Shown piece after piece: positions 1 through 16,010 of a DNA stretch of 64,000 bases. The stretch is from the human T2T-CHM13v2.0 reference genome, Homo sapiens. A program made the position numbers and the translations under genes. How positions within the stretch are numbered: position 1 is the stretch's first letter; the number at the start of each line of letters is the position of its first letter. The notes under the pieces are model-generated. The model saw only the letters and a program-made list of their open reading frames with translations. It was not told the origin of the DNA and searched no databases. The stretch lies in assembly GCF_009914755.1 (NCBI RefSeq), contig NC_060939.1. One strand, written 5' to 3'.

Positions 1-1110
1 GGTTTTCTTTCAACTATGAAGGCTCTTTCTTCTCAGTCTCCTTCCTTGGTTCTTGGTTCTTGATTTCTGGCATCTGGTTCTTCCTTCTCTGGCCCAGGGC
101 TTCATTCTGAACCCCATACATTTCCCCATGTGCACATCTTCCCTAGATAATCTCATCCAATCACAGGGCTTTATGTATCTCCTGTATACTAATGCTAATC
201 AAAGGATGGCTTCTGCTCAAATTCTCCCCAAAACTTCAGACTCACAGTTCCAGCTGCCATCTTGATGTTTTTTCCTAGAAGTTGGTAGGCATTACATACT
301 TGACAAGTCCAAAACTAAGCTCTCGATATCCACCACTGAATCTGCTTTTCCCACAGAGTTCTCCATTTCATAAATGGCATCATTATTTACCTATTTGCTT
401 ATGTTATAGAAGAAAAGCCAGAAAAAATTCTTGATTTCTCTTTCCTCTTTTCCTGCATCACAAGTTCGCTGAACTCTACCTCTGCATTCTAGTCAAAGTC
501 AGTCCACCGTGTCTATATCTATTTCCTCTGCAGTCATTGTAATCCAAGCCACTGTCATACCTCACTACTACAATAGCCTTAAAACTGGTTTCTCTACTTT
601 CTCTTCCTTCTCTTATGCCCTCGTAATTCTTTCTCAAAACAGCCACCAGAGTAAATCAGATCAGTTACTCCTCTGCTTAAACCATTCCGTGGCTTATATC
701 AAATACAACCAAAACTATTTACTGCAACTTTCAAACTTCAACATACATTCTCCTCTGGTACTCCTCTTTTTCCCTCTTTTATTTAATTTTAATTTTAATT
801 TTATTTTATAGAGATGGGGTCTTGCTATGTTGACTAGGCTGGTCTCAAACTCCTGGTCTCAAGAGATCCTCCTGCCTCAACCTCCCAAAGTGTTGGGATA
901 ATTTTTCCCCTTAGAATGTAAGCTCCATGAGGGCATAGACCACGCAATGACTACAGTGTCCCTGTGCCTATGATAGTGCCTGATACAGTCTAGGTGCTTG
1001 ATGGATGAAGAAATTGAGGCTCAAACAAATAAAATGACTTACCCCAAATCATCGACTTGGTGAGAGATGAAGCCAGAATTTGAATGCAAGTCTTTGAATC
1101 TTGGAGTCCT
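1..1110 (+). mobile_element. L2 fragments with FLAM/Alu monomer (about 778-900, -) and MIR (about 1005-1110)
   Basis: L2 motifs (caagtccaaaactaagctc; tagaatgtaagctccatgagggca) and MIR core (gatgaagaaattgaggctca). Confidence 0.65.
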
Positions 1111-1359
1111 TCTTTTTCATTACCATTCATGTAATATGTGTTCAGCAGATAATTATTTTAATTATCTGAGTTATGGAAAAAGGCCCCTGACCTTCTGTTA
1201 TTCATAAGCCTTATTTAAAAATTGCTAAAATAGTTTTTTTCTTTTTTATTGCTTTATAAAGTATTATTACTGTTACACACAGAAAAATCGTACTTTAAAT
1301 GAATACTCTATCTGGAAAATATTTTTGTTTTAGTAAAATAGGCTTTGCCTTGGCTATTC

Positions 1360-1665
1360 TTTTATTTGTTTATTTGTTTGTTTTTGAGACAGGATCTCAC
1401 TCTGTTGCTTATACTGGAGTACAGTGGCATGATCATAGCTCACTGCAGCTTCAAACTGCCAGGCTTAAGTGAGCCTCCTGCCTCAGCCTCCTGAGTAAGT
1501 GGGACTACAGGCCTGCATCACCATGACTGGATAATTATTTTATTTTGTAGAGATGGGGGTCTCACTATGCTGCCCAGGCTTGTCTTGAACTCCTGGCCTC
1601 AGGCGATCCTCCTGTCTTGGCCTCCTATTGGGTTTACAGGCATAAGCCACTGCACCCAGCTGGCT
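1360..1665 (-). mobile_element. AluJ
   Basis: Dimeric antisense Alu with J-type features. Confidence 0.85.
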
Positions 1666-2066
1666 ATTCTATTTTTAATGGGCTCAAACTGAACTTAAAA
1701 GTCATCTTCTGATTTTGTTTGGTCAGAAAGTTATTAAAATATATTTGGAACAATTTGCTATGCAGTCAATGAGTTTATGTTCTTTTGAACAAAATTAGTT
1801 TTTAAATTAGTCTTTAGTCCTCTAAAAAAGGCTTCATAATGCCATTCTAAAGTGGAAGAATTGTGGTTTGCTAACCACACTTTTTGAATTGTCTCCAAAA
1901 CAGAAATACAGAAATTATGTCCTGGGAATAAAGGCAGTAAGACTCTTAAAGAAATAACCAGAAGAATTTCAAAATAATAGGTACAAGTACTTTTAAAATA
2001 TTCTATAATTTATTTCTCCTAACTCTGGATTAAAAAAAAAAATTGGCTCTAAGAAATACACGTACT

Positions 2067-2377
2067 GACCAGGTGTGATGGCTCTTGCCTGTAATCCTAG
2101 CACTTTGGGAGACCGAGGTGGGCGATCACCTGAGGTTGGGAGTTCAAGACCAGCCTGACCAACATGAAGAAACCCCGTCTCTACTTCTCTACTAAAAATA
2201 CAAAATTAGCCAGGCGTGGTGGCGCATGCCTGTAATCCCAGCTACTGGGAGGCTGAGGCAGGAGAATCGCTTGAACCCAGGAGGCAGAGGTTGCGGTGAA
2301 CCGAGATTGCGCCACTGTACTCCAGCGTGGGCAACAAGAGCGAAACTCTGTCTCAAAAACACCCAAACAAACAAACA
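2067..2377 (+). mobile_element. AluS (Sq/Sp-like)
   Basis: Full Alu; TSD aagaaatacacgtact (2051-2066) / aagaaatacatgtact (2378-2393). Confidence 0.9.
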
Positions 2378-2814
2378 AAGAAATACATGTACTCAGTTTA
2401 TAAAATCAAACTTGCTTATACTGATGTTTCTTCATCTTTTACTGTTAGACATTATCTAGTCACTTCCTACTAAGGAAGGTGAGGATTTAGTTCTCCAACA
2501 CGCCTCGACATACCTCTGCCACATACACTTCCCCCCTAAGCTTCTCAATAGAGTGACATAGCAATCTTTCATTAAACCAACACTCAGTAACATATTTACA
2601 TTATAACTATTGTTCACAGCTGAGTCAAGTATGATTGAACACATTTCTTTTAACTCTTAGCATTAAGCATTGCCTTTTCTTGGGCTATTAGTTTTTTATG
2701 CACATATCACTGGTTCATCTATAAGCTTTCTGACAGAACTGTAATTCCCTTCGCTAAGATCAAACATATCAGACAATCTGTTTCTGTTTCTTTCTCCCAT
2801 TTGCCTGGGAGTGA

Positions 2815-4060
<1,246 letters not shown>

Positions 4061-4155
4061 AGTCCTCTACTTAATCCAATCTGCAGTGATTGCTCTCCAT
4101 CAGACCTGCTTGACATCACTCTGGGGCTTTTCTTAGTCCTGAGAATTCTTTTTGA

Positions 4156-4156
<1 letters not shown>

Positions 4157-4186
<30 letters not shown>

Positions 4187-4660
4187 TTGAGACAGAGTCT
4201 TACTATGTTGCCCAGGCTGGTCTCAAATTCCTGGGCTCAAGTGCTTCTCAGGCCTCAGCCTCCCCAGTAGCTGGGATTATAGGCACCTGCCATGGTTCCT
4301 TTCATATTACCTTGAGGTGCATCTTCTACTACCTAGATCCATGTCTACTCCTTTTTTTTTTTTTTTTTTTTTTTTTTTGAGATAGTGTCTCACTCTGTCA
4401 CCCAGGGTGGAATGCAGTGGTACAATCTCGGCTCATTGCAACTTCTGCCTCCCAAATTCAAGCTATTCTCATGCCTCAACCTCCCAAGTAGCTGGAATTA
4501 GAGGCGCAGGCCACCATGCCAAGCTAATTTTTGTATTTTTAGTAGAGATGGGGTTTTGCCATGTTGGCCAGGCTGATCTCGAACTCCTGAGCACAAGTGA
4601 TCTGCCTGCCTCCGCCTCTGAAAGTGCTGGGATTACAGGCGTGAGCCACCACACCCTTCC
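4157..4660 (-). mobile_element. FLAM monomer with (TTA)n tail (4157-4292) and AluS (4351-4660)
   Basis: Alu sequence; the AluS is flanked by a tctactccttttt TSD. Confidence 0.85.
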
Positions 4661-4689
4661 CATCTACTCCTTTTTGATCTACTTTCTCA

Positions 4690-5100
4690 TACCTAGAAAA
4701 TATTTCTCAGTGGATTCCTGAGAAAGGGTGCATATGAGGTACATTGTTGTGAACTGAAATACATGAAAATATTTTATTCTGCTCTCAGCCTTGATGGATA
4801 GTTTAGCTGGGTGTAGAATTCTTGAATGGAAATAAGTTTCCCTCAGGATTTTAAAGGTACTATTCTTTCTTCAACTGCTAATATTGGGAAAACTGATGTT
4901 ATTCGGATTCCTAATTCTTTGTATGTGATATTTAGTGCCTGGAAAATTTTGGATTTTGTTTTTATCTTTGTGTTCTGAAATTTCAAAGTCAGTTGTCTTG
5001 GTATGAATCTTTTTTTCGTTTACTTTGCCAGGTTTCTGGTAGTTCTGTTCAATCTAGATACTCATGTCCTTTCATTATAAGAAATTTTCTTCTACAACTT
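4690..5100 (-). mobile_element. Old L1M (L1ME-like) fragment
   Basis: gatagtttagctgggtgtagaattcttg...tttccctcaggattttaaagg, a typical antisense L1M motif. Confidence 0.6.
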
Positions 5101-5928
5101 GTGCAACTTTAGGAGTTTTACTCTGAGCACCCTTATTGGTCATCCTGTCCTTCTGTATTGCCTATTAAAAAAATCTGTGTTGAAGATTTTTTAAAGTTTT
5201 ACTTAGAATTGTTCCTCTCTAAACTTAATAAAAGGAAAGCTGATATCTCCTGTGGAAGTGTTCCTACATATACCACTATTATCTCCCCTTGGAAAAAGGG
5301 TTGACTCTTGCTTGGAAAAACAAGAGTCAAATTGATTATGTTAAAGTTAGTATTAGGTATATTTGGGCTTTAAACTTACAATGAATTAGCAATAACTTTG
5401 CATATATCACTGGGATTTATTTTAAAAAGAATGTTTTGACTTTTAAGTACTGTAATTAGAAAATTTTATCTCCATGTGTAAAATAAAATAGTTGAATCAG
5501 TATCAATTAGACCTTTATTTTTCTCTCTGGATTTGGGATAAAATAAGCCAGGGAAATTTAAGCCCTAATTTCTGATGTAATAGATGTAGGCAGAAGTCCT
5601 AGTTAGGAATAGGTGCACTCCTGATGCTGAGAACAGGGCAGGCAGGTGGCGAAGAGTCTTAGAGGGTTGAGTCCAGGCCAGGTAGTAGGACTAGGGAGGT
5701 GTGAGTCTTCTTTGTTCTGGGTATGCTTTGTAATTTTACTTTACCATTCATGAGAATAAACCAAAACAATAAAAAAGAAAAATAAACTAAACAGCTGAAA
5801 GCAAGGGCCAGATAATTGTCTGGTGGTGGTGATCACGGACTCCTCAGCCATTGCCAGCCACATTTATCCTCAGAGATTTTCACTGGGAGAAAGAATGATT
5901 TCAACCAGCAGGGGGATGGGGAGGATAG

Positions 5929-6285
<357 letters not shown>

Positions 6286-6759
6286 TTCCCCTTTTTAAGG
6301 GCTTCATTTGGTACCTAATTTGGTTCAGTCATGTCAGTGGGGCAGGAAGGATTCAGATAAATACAAAGTAGAAACCACACTGTGACAATGTCACTCATTG
6401 CTTTAGAAGAAGAGAGACCTTGGAATTTGTGTTAGGTACACCCCAAAATGATGCAGGAGATTAGGAGCTGCATGTACATTTGACTATGACGTTGAAAACT
6501 ACATGTAAGGAAAAGAGATGGTTTGAGTGTGGCTGGGACCAGAAGGATTCTTAGAATTGTTCCAAACCAAGCAATAGCAGTAATATTATATGGAATGAGT
6601 TAACCAGATTAATTAACAAACTCTGTCTCCCTGTGTAGGACATAATAGTTGAACCAATATTAATTAAATCTTTACTCTTCTGACTGAGTCTTGGGGGACA
6701 TTAGTAAATAAATGTGTATGTTAAACATAATAAATAATATAAATAATAACTAAGATGTT

Positions 6760-7470
<711 letters not shown>

Positions 7471-8289
7471 TTCCAGCACCTTTAAAGTATGAATCCCCTT
7501 AAGGGGAGAAAGAAAATGTCAATTTTATTATTTATGTTTCCCAGGGGAAGAAAAAGCTGTTTCCTGAGTCTACAGTGATGAAAACCTACTACGTGACTAT
7601 GTGGGGCTCCAGTGCCTGGTAGAGAATCCTGCAACCCTTTCACATTGCCTTGGGAAACCTGTGTGTGTGCATGAAAATGATTTAAGTGTATTCAAATATG
7701 GGAGGGAAAACAAAGACGATTATACCTATTTATCTCTTTAAAAACAACTGCATAATATTAATTTATCTTACTTTGTTATTTTTCTTTTTTCTTTAATTTT
7801 ATTTTACTTTAAGTACAGGCTATGTATTGTCTATTAATTACAATTTTTAAACACTGCATCACTCTATATGCCTTTACCTGGCAGGCATGTACTCATAAAG
7901 CGCTCGTTTCAGTTTAATTAATTAAGAAGATGCTCAAATCCCAAAACATGTTTGGCTCTGTGTATTTTAAACTAACAATTATTTGATTGGATTTATCTGG
8001 GTAAGTACACGAATCTTCACTCCTTTGCTAGTGCAGACCTGAGGTGAAGGTGTAAGAAATCAGAGATAATGTTAAAATTAATTTGCTCCCTCAAAATAAA
8101 TTTTTATAAGTTACTATTCACATTCTTTGATATGTGCTGTCCTTGGGGAAGACAGGGGAATGAAAACAACATTTATTTAGTTCTCACTGTGCCATACACT
8201 TTACCTACTGAAGTTTGTAAGGCATTTTTCCTCCTCAGTCTCATTTGGTTTTTATGCGGCAATCTTGCACCTGGTACCTACAAGGCACA

Positions 8290-8978
<689 letters not shown>

Positions 8979-9574
8979 CTATTTTAGGATTTCTGGCCAC
9001 AAACTCTTTGTAGAAAGACTTCTTTATTTCAGATTTCACTCTTGAAAGTGTTATGTTGAGGGCTCACTTGTATGCTATATAAATACACCCTGAGGCTGAA
9101 CTTTCCCTGTTATGTACAACTGCAATTATCTAAGTTAAGACGTAAACATTATTAAAAGGATCTTCTCAATATTTTGTGCTTTCTCTGCTGGTTGTACTTT
9201 AGGCATAACTACTTCAAAAACATTATTGCGAGATGGATTAGCCACCAATGAATTCATAAGCAAAACATAATATTTGAGAGAATGAGCCTATACATGAAGA
9301 AAAATTACTAGCAAAAACAACAGAGCCAATTGTAGTTTATTCAAAACGTATGAAAAATCTATAATTTCTATAAATAAAAGAGGAAAAAAGGAATTTTCTT
9401 AATTCTATTTTACTATTAGCAACAAAGAAACCGATAAAGAACAGCCATAAAGAGTGACGTATTGTGTTAATTGGTTATTAACCCAAGTTTTTAGTTGGTT
9501 ATTCACAGAATAACGTCCCAAGGTCTGAACCCCACCTTTGTTCAATGTAAGATTTCTCTTATTCGGTGAAACAT

Positions 9575-9885
9575 TTTATTTTTGAGACATAATACCTTTG
9601 GGACCTTTTGAGTCTCACTCTGTCACCCAGGCTGAAGTACAGTGGCGCGATCTAGGCTCACTACACCCTCTGCCTCCCAGGTTTGAAAAATTCTCGTGTC
9701 TCAGTGTCCCGAGTAGCTGGGATTACAGGCACCTGCCACCATGCCCGGCTAGCTTTTGCATTTTTAGTAGAGACGGGTTTCGCCATGTTGGCCAGGCTGG
9801 TCTTGAACTCCTAGCCTCAAGCTATCTGCCCATCTAGGCCTCCCAAAGTGCTGGGATTACAGGTGTGAGGCACCGTAACTGGCCC
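9575..9885 (-). mobile_element. AluS
   Basis: Alu with tgaaacatttt TSD. Confidence 0.85.
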
Positions 9886-10735
9886 GATGAAACATTTTTG
9901 AAAAGGAAAATGGATATGGCAATAATGAAAGGAATGGTAGAATTTAGATTGAGTTACTCAGTGCAAAACGATGCATTGTGCTCTCCTTGTCTGCAGCCCT
10001 ACAACTGTATATAAATATGCAGAGACTATTTTCCCTTATCTTAAAAACATCCACTGGCCACTACAGATCTCTATGGATATTATTTCTCACCTTCTTTACA
10101 CTGCCGAACTTCTCTAAAGAGTGACCTACACCTTTCTTGCATTTCTACAGCATCCAGTCTTTTCTTAACCCACAGCAATCTGATAACTAAAAAACACTCC
10201 TGAGGGTCACCAGTGACTTTCTATTCACTAAATTTTCTTGGCTTTCTGCAGGACTTGTCCCCTGGAAACTTTCTGCCCTTGAGCCTTCTCATCTGTGTCT
10301 TCTCTGACACTGTCCTCACTCTTACATCTCTGGGTCTTCCTCATTGCTCCCTGTGGGAACCTTCTTTCTCCTGCTGGTTCCTACATATGACTGTTCCTTG
10401 TGGTCAAATTCTTTGGCACTCTATTATTGAGAATGAACAACGTGTAACACTCCTCCCAATGGATCTCGACAAACCACGGTTGAGAATTGCTGAGGACAAA
10501 ACAAAGTGCTAACTCTTTATCCATCTGAAACTCACCACAGCCTTGGCCCAACTGCTTTCCAGCCTTCTTATAAACACCACGTTGACCTACACAAGCCCTT
10601 GACCTCTACCTACCTAGAGGAGCCTACTTACTATCCTTATAGATGTCGTGTGTATCTCATCTTCATGACTAATGGCAGTGCAGAGACAAAAGTAGAACCA
10701 GAGCTCAGCCGTGGAATAAATCACTTAAACAATTT

Positions 10736-11384
<649 letters not shown>

Positions 11385-13599
11385 CTAGCATAATATACTG
11401 AACAAATTATTTGTATTTAAATAACTGCTTTGTAAATAGTATTACAGCCATCAAGTATATAGAATTGTTCTCTTTGATAATTTTTTTGGTAATCCTTGCA
11501 GCATAAAATAATTTGTGATAAATCATGGCTTTTTAATTGAAGTAATGCAAGAAAATCTCCATCTCCTGTAATGAGTTACAATCAAAGTGATTCTGGAAAA
11601 AATGGATATTTCGTTGCAATTTAGCCTACAAAAATAGGGAAAGAGTTGGAAAGAAACTAGTGTAGGCTTAATCATTGTGCATTAAATTTTGTCCCCTTGG
11701 GATTCAAAACAAATCACTTAAGAAAAAAGATAAATAAGAAGTGGGAAGTCATGGGCCTGATTCAAGACCACTTTGAAAGCCCGGTTCTTACTGAGAAATT
11801 CATGTTTTGAAATAATTATTAATACAATTATTTGTCTTATTTGCTAACTGTTATGATTTTTAAAAAGGAAATGAAAGTCAGCCTAAATAGAAGGTGCCTA
11901 CATATGGCAAGAGCCCCTCACCTTCCAGGTCCTCTCCTTCCCTACCTTTGAGAGTGAGGGAGTCTTGCAGCAAATGAAAAATCAAAGTTCAGTTTTGATG
12001 GCCAGAAGTAAGAAGGCACTTCCTCTGTTTTATAGGTGTTCCATTCTGAGGAATATTAGGATCTACTATCACTCTCCTAGGAAGCCAGGAAGGGGTGCCT
12101 TGAGGCTCTGGCACCTCAAGTAGTAGAGGGAGTAGGGTCAGTATTGGGGTGGGCGGGGAAAGGGTAGAGTAATAAGAAGAGGAAGAAACAAGACAGAGGG
12201 GACGTTATGTGTCCATCTGAGATGCTCTCCATATGCACTGAAAGGCACCCCGATGGAGACAGGCAAGAAATATTTTGAACCTTTTTCTAGACTCTTGGTG
12301 ATGGACTCTAGGTTTGAATGGGTACTTTCTGCTAACACATGCACACCTTTCCAGATGTTGTGGCCAGTTACAGCCAGAAGGTCACTGGGAAGCAGAGTGA
12401 CAGTGTCATCACCATGACATAGGATCCAATTCAATATGTATTTACCTAGTACATACCATGCACCAGGCAGTGGGAATCTAACCGAGAAAGGAAAGAATAA
12501 TCATTGAGCTTTTGCAGCACTAAAGAGATGCTGTTATACCAGATCTACACATCACAAGACTCAAGGCCATTACTCTCCTGGTCACAACGGCAGTGTTAAC
12601 ATGTGTCTGTGATTATTTGATGAATGCTCGTCAGGCTCTAAGCTCTGTGGGATCAGAAAGTGATGTGTCTCTTTTTCATCTTCACCATTGTGTCTCAGGG
12701 CTAAGCATAGTTTCTAGCACTTGGCAGCCATCCAATAGATACTGTTGGCTGAATGAATGTTACAGATGCGTTAGCGCTTTGTGGAAGGTATTAGCCCGTT
12801 TTACTGGTGAGGAAACAGTCGCAGAATACCCACAAATATTTCAAAGATCACACACAAATAACAGTCCTTAATACTAATAGCCCCTAAATAATAATGCTGC
12901 CGGAGAGAGAATTCCAAAACCGCTCAGCCGAATCCACAGTTCGGGCTCTTCTACCATGTCGGGCTCCTTCCCCTGGGTTGGAAGGGCTCAGGCTGGGGCG
13001 GGGTGGGGGAGACAGACAGGAGCCCCTGTGCTGGGTAAGTACCAGTATCTGCGAAGGAGGCACGAACCAGATGAGGCAAAGGTCGTGTCCCCCGCAACTC
13101 CGCTGAAATCCTGCCCACCGAGAGGAAGCACAATTATGAGTGAATGGGCTTGTGCGTCCTGATGAGAATCCAAAATCGAGAGGAAGGTGGAAAGAGCCAG
13201 GACGCGCTGGGAGGGGATGAAGCTGACGGGAGAAGAAAGGGCTGGGAAGAGGAGGGGTGTTCGGGGTTCTTCTTCTCGTCGTGTCTGCTGCGATGAGACA
13301 CGATCCTGGGTCCCAACTGCAGGTGTCAAGGCGATTCAGTAAATGACACATGGCAGCCCCGGAGGGTTCGTTCACCTGCACAGGTGGGGCGTCACCGTGG
13401 CCTAATCAAATAACTTCTCCCCAATTTGAGGTGGGGCGGGGGAGAGAACTATTTTTGTGGGAAAGCGGTTTAGTAAATAAGGTATATTGGGGCTCTAGAG
13501 AGAATTGCAGTGCCACCACCATGGCTATGATCTCCGTCAGGCACCATTTCAACACCTCTCCAAATCAACCATCCCTACAACAGGATTTATTTTCCAATG

Positions 13600-14350
13600 A
13601 GCGAAATCCCCGCCCGCCAACTCCAAGGCGCTTGGATGCGAGCTCTGTGGGAAACAGCAGCGACGAGCAGAGGCTATTTTGGGTGTGGGAACGAGGAGGG
13701 AGGAGGGGCGGCGCCGCCAGGCTGGGCGCGGGTGCGCGGGGAAAGCCTCCAGCTCGGGCTGCCACGGCAACCGCGTCCAGGCAACGCGCCCGGAAGCGGC
13801 TCCGGCGGCGCGCGGCGGCTCGCGCCCCCCGGGAGCCGCGAACCCGGCCGGGCCGCGCGCCGGGCCAGGCGGCAGGCGCGCGCTGATTGGACGGCGCTCC
13901 CCGCGGCGCGGGCCCGCAGCCGGGCGCCCTGCTCAGCCAGCGCCAGCGGCCGCCGCACCCAGCCGCGCCGGCGAGGACATGGGCAGCCGCGGCGCGCCCA
14001 CCCCCCGCGCCGGTGAGTGCCGCGCTCTGGGAACCCCGGCCGGGCGGCCTCTGGGGCTGGGCGGCGGGAGCTCTCTGGGACGGCCGGTGACCTTGGGGCA
14101 GCCTCTCAGGAGATAGGCGTGGGGTAGAGAGAGCTGCGCGTGGCCCATGTGACATGCCGCGGGCGAGAGGGTTAACTGCATGTGACGCGAAGGGCTGAAG
14201 TTGGGCACAGAGCGCAACTGGCGTTGCATTTTCGCGGGGGCTGCATGCTAGCGAACCAACCGACGCCCGGAGGGACTGTTTGGGGGAGCTGGGGTGGTGC
14301 ACGGATTGCCAGGGGTAAAGGCGAGTCAGCCGACCCACTACTCAGAGTGA
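13600..14350. promoter_or_regulatory. FAM81A: CpG island / FAM81A promoter
   Basis: Very GC- and CpG-rich stretch (core about 13690-14280) in otherwise CpG-poor DNA. Contains a reverse CCAAT (CTGATTGG 13883-13890), an ETS core (CCGGAAG about 13790), GC-box-like motifs (about 13433 and 13705) and X-box-like motifs (13758-13785); a GTGAGT donor lies at 14013. Confidence 0.9.
13915..14012 (+). other. FAM81A: FAM81A exon 1 (5' UTR; start coordinate is an estimate)
   Basis: Consensus donor CCG|GTGAGT at 14012/14013 inside the CpG island, just downstream of the CCAAT box. The TSS cannot be fixed from sequence alone. Confidence 0.75.
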
Positions 14351-14824
14351 GTGACCTTGGGTAGGTTAACCATCTGCTCTTCCGCCCCTTCGCTTTTTCT
14401 CATCTTTCAAACGAGAGGCTAGGGGGTCTTTGCAGTTCCAGAATGCTGTTGTGCCATCCTACTGCGAGCTGAGAAAGAGCCCTAAAGTACGGTTCTGCAG
14501 GTACCGGAGATGCAAAGCTTAACCATGTTTATTCTAGGAGGGGTTTCCATTAATTGGCTCCTAAAGTGGTAAGAAATGTTATCGTTGTCTGGAAGATTAT
14601 GGAGCAAGCAGTCGGTGGTCCGGAGAATGGCTTCTTAAGATGCACAGGTTAAAACCTCTTTGGTGCCCTAAAGACATGAACAAAATCAGGATTAATGCTC
14701 CTAAGTTCTTCTTTCCTGTAGTTAATCTAATAGGAAACTTTGTATTTGAACAGGTAAAATCAAAACCCAATCGTGGCAGGCAGCAGCAAATTAAGTGAGT
14801 CATTTCTTCAATGTGCACGAGGTT

Positions 14825-14875
14825 TATGTGTGTGTGTGCGCGCGTGTGTGTGTGTGTGCGTGTGTGCGCGTGCGC
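14825..14875. repeat. (TG)n/(CG)n mixed microsatellite
   Basis: 51 bp of uninterrupted pyrimidine-purine alternation. Confidence 0.95.
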
Positions 14876-15107
14876 TCTCGTCCTCAGCTCAAAGTCTGCG
14901 TACGGCAGTGTTGGAAATTATTTCATAGGAGTAACCAGAAATAATGCTAGAATGATTCGAATCCACAAAAGTGCAGCTCTCTCAGAAGCAAGGGCAAACA
15001 TTTGCAACTTGCTTTTAAAATAAGAGGTTTGTAGAGTAAATATATTCTTTATTGAGAACCATCCCCAGATTTGCACATTGTATCTGCCTTCTGGGCCCTG
15101 TCACTGA

Positions 15108-15139
15108 ATGCGCGTGTGTGTATGTGTGTGTGTGTGTGT
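15108..15139. repeat. (TG)n microsatellite
   Basis: 32 bp alternating tract followed by ggggggggcggg. Confidence 0.9.
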
Positions 15140-15901
15140 TGGGGGGGGCGGGTTCCTTGGCACTTATAATATTTTTAGCGTTGACTGGTACTAAAAAGGA
15201 CACTTAGGCCCCCTTCCATATCCACTGTCTATAAACTTCCCTCTTCCACGGAGGGGAATGGAGGACGTACCCTCTCACAGGTACCCCTGGTTGCCCCTTC
15301 TGACTTTCTACTTAAAGCTACCCTTGATTTTCATTCGAATCTGATTTCATCTGTATAAGAACGTGGGTTGGGAAGACACAGTTTCCAATGCTAATGAATA
15401 AGCTTCTGCAAGCTTGTTTACCTGAGGGCTTAATAACCTTTAATGTGTTACATGTTAGAAATCTGATAGCATACGGATAGAAAAATACTCAGTGTCCAGG
15501 AATTCAACCATGAAGCCCTACCAACCATTTAATGAGCCACACTACATGGTGCTTGGAAACCTTATTAGCGCATTATTCAGCCTCCTCTCTCTGCAGGCCA
15601 CTAGGCTGTGTCACTCCGACCTGGCTTTAAATGTCTTGTTTCTTGTATCCTGCAGCCACACTCTTGCATTTTCATTTTTTCTGTAGCTGAACCCACCTTC
15701 TCTCCCGAGCACCAGAGCCTGAGTGAACAACTTGCCGCAGAAGAGCCTTCTCTAGTGTCCTCCACCGTCTCACCAGAGTAGGGATGCTCTTCCGCTTCTC
15801 CTTAGTGCTGCCTCCAAACCAATGCACCATCACCAACCAAGTCTCCTCTCGGAAGGTAGTGCTATCTGCTTGTGCCCCTACCCTCCTTCTTATCTTCTGG
15901 T

Positions 15902-16010
15902 CCAGTGCTTCCCAAACCTGGGGGCTCCTCAGAATCACCTGGGACATTTTGAAAAACTTGGTCTTTAGACTCTCTCAGATATACCAAATTAGAATCATTG
16001 GGGGCTGGGG
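15902..16010. mobile_element. MER5-type hAT MITE fragment
   Basis: cagtgcttcccaaac...cagaatcacctggga motif. Confidence 0.55.

Noticed and set aside
12884-14364. Long overlapping Arg/Ala/Pro/Gly-rich ORFs on both strands (up to 257 aa)
   Set aside because: Stop-codon scarcity in a CpG island; no recognisable protein features.
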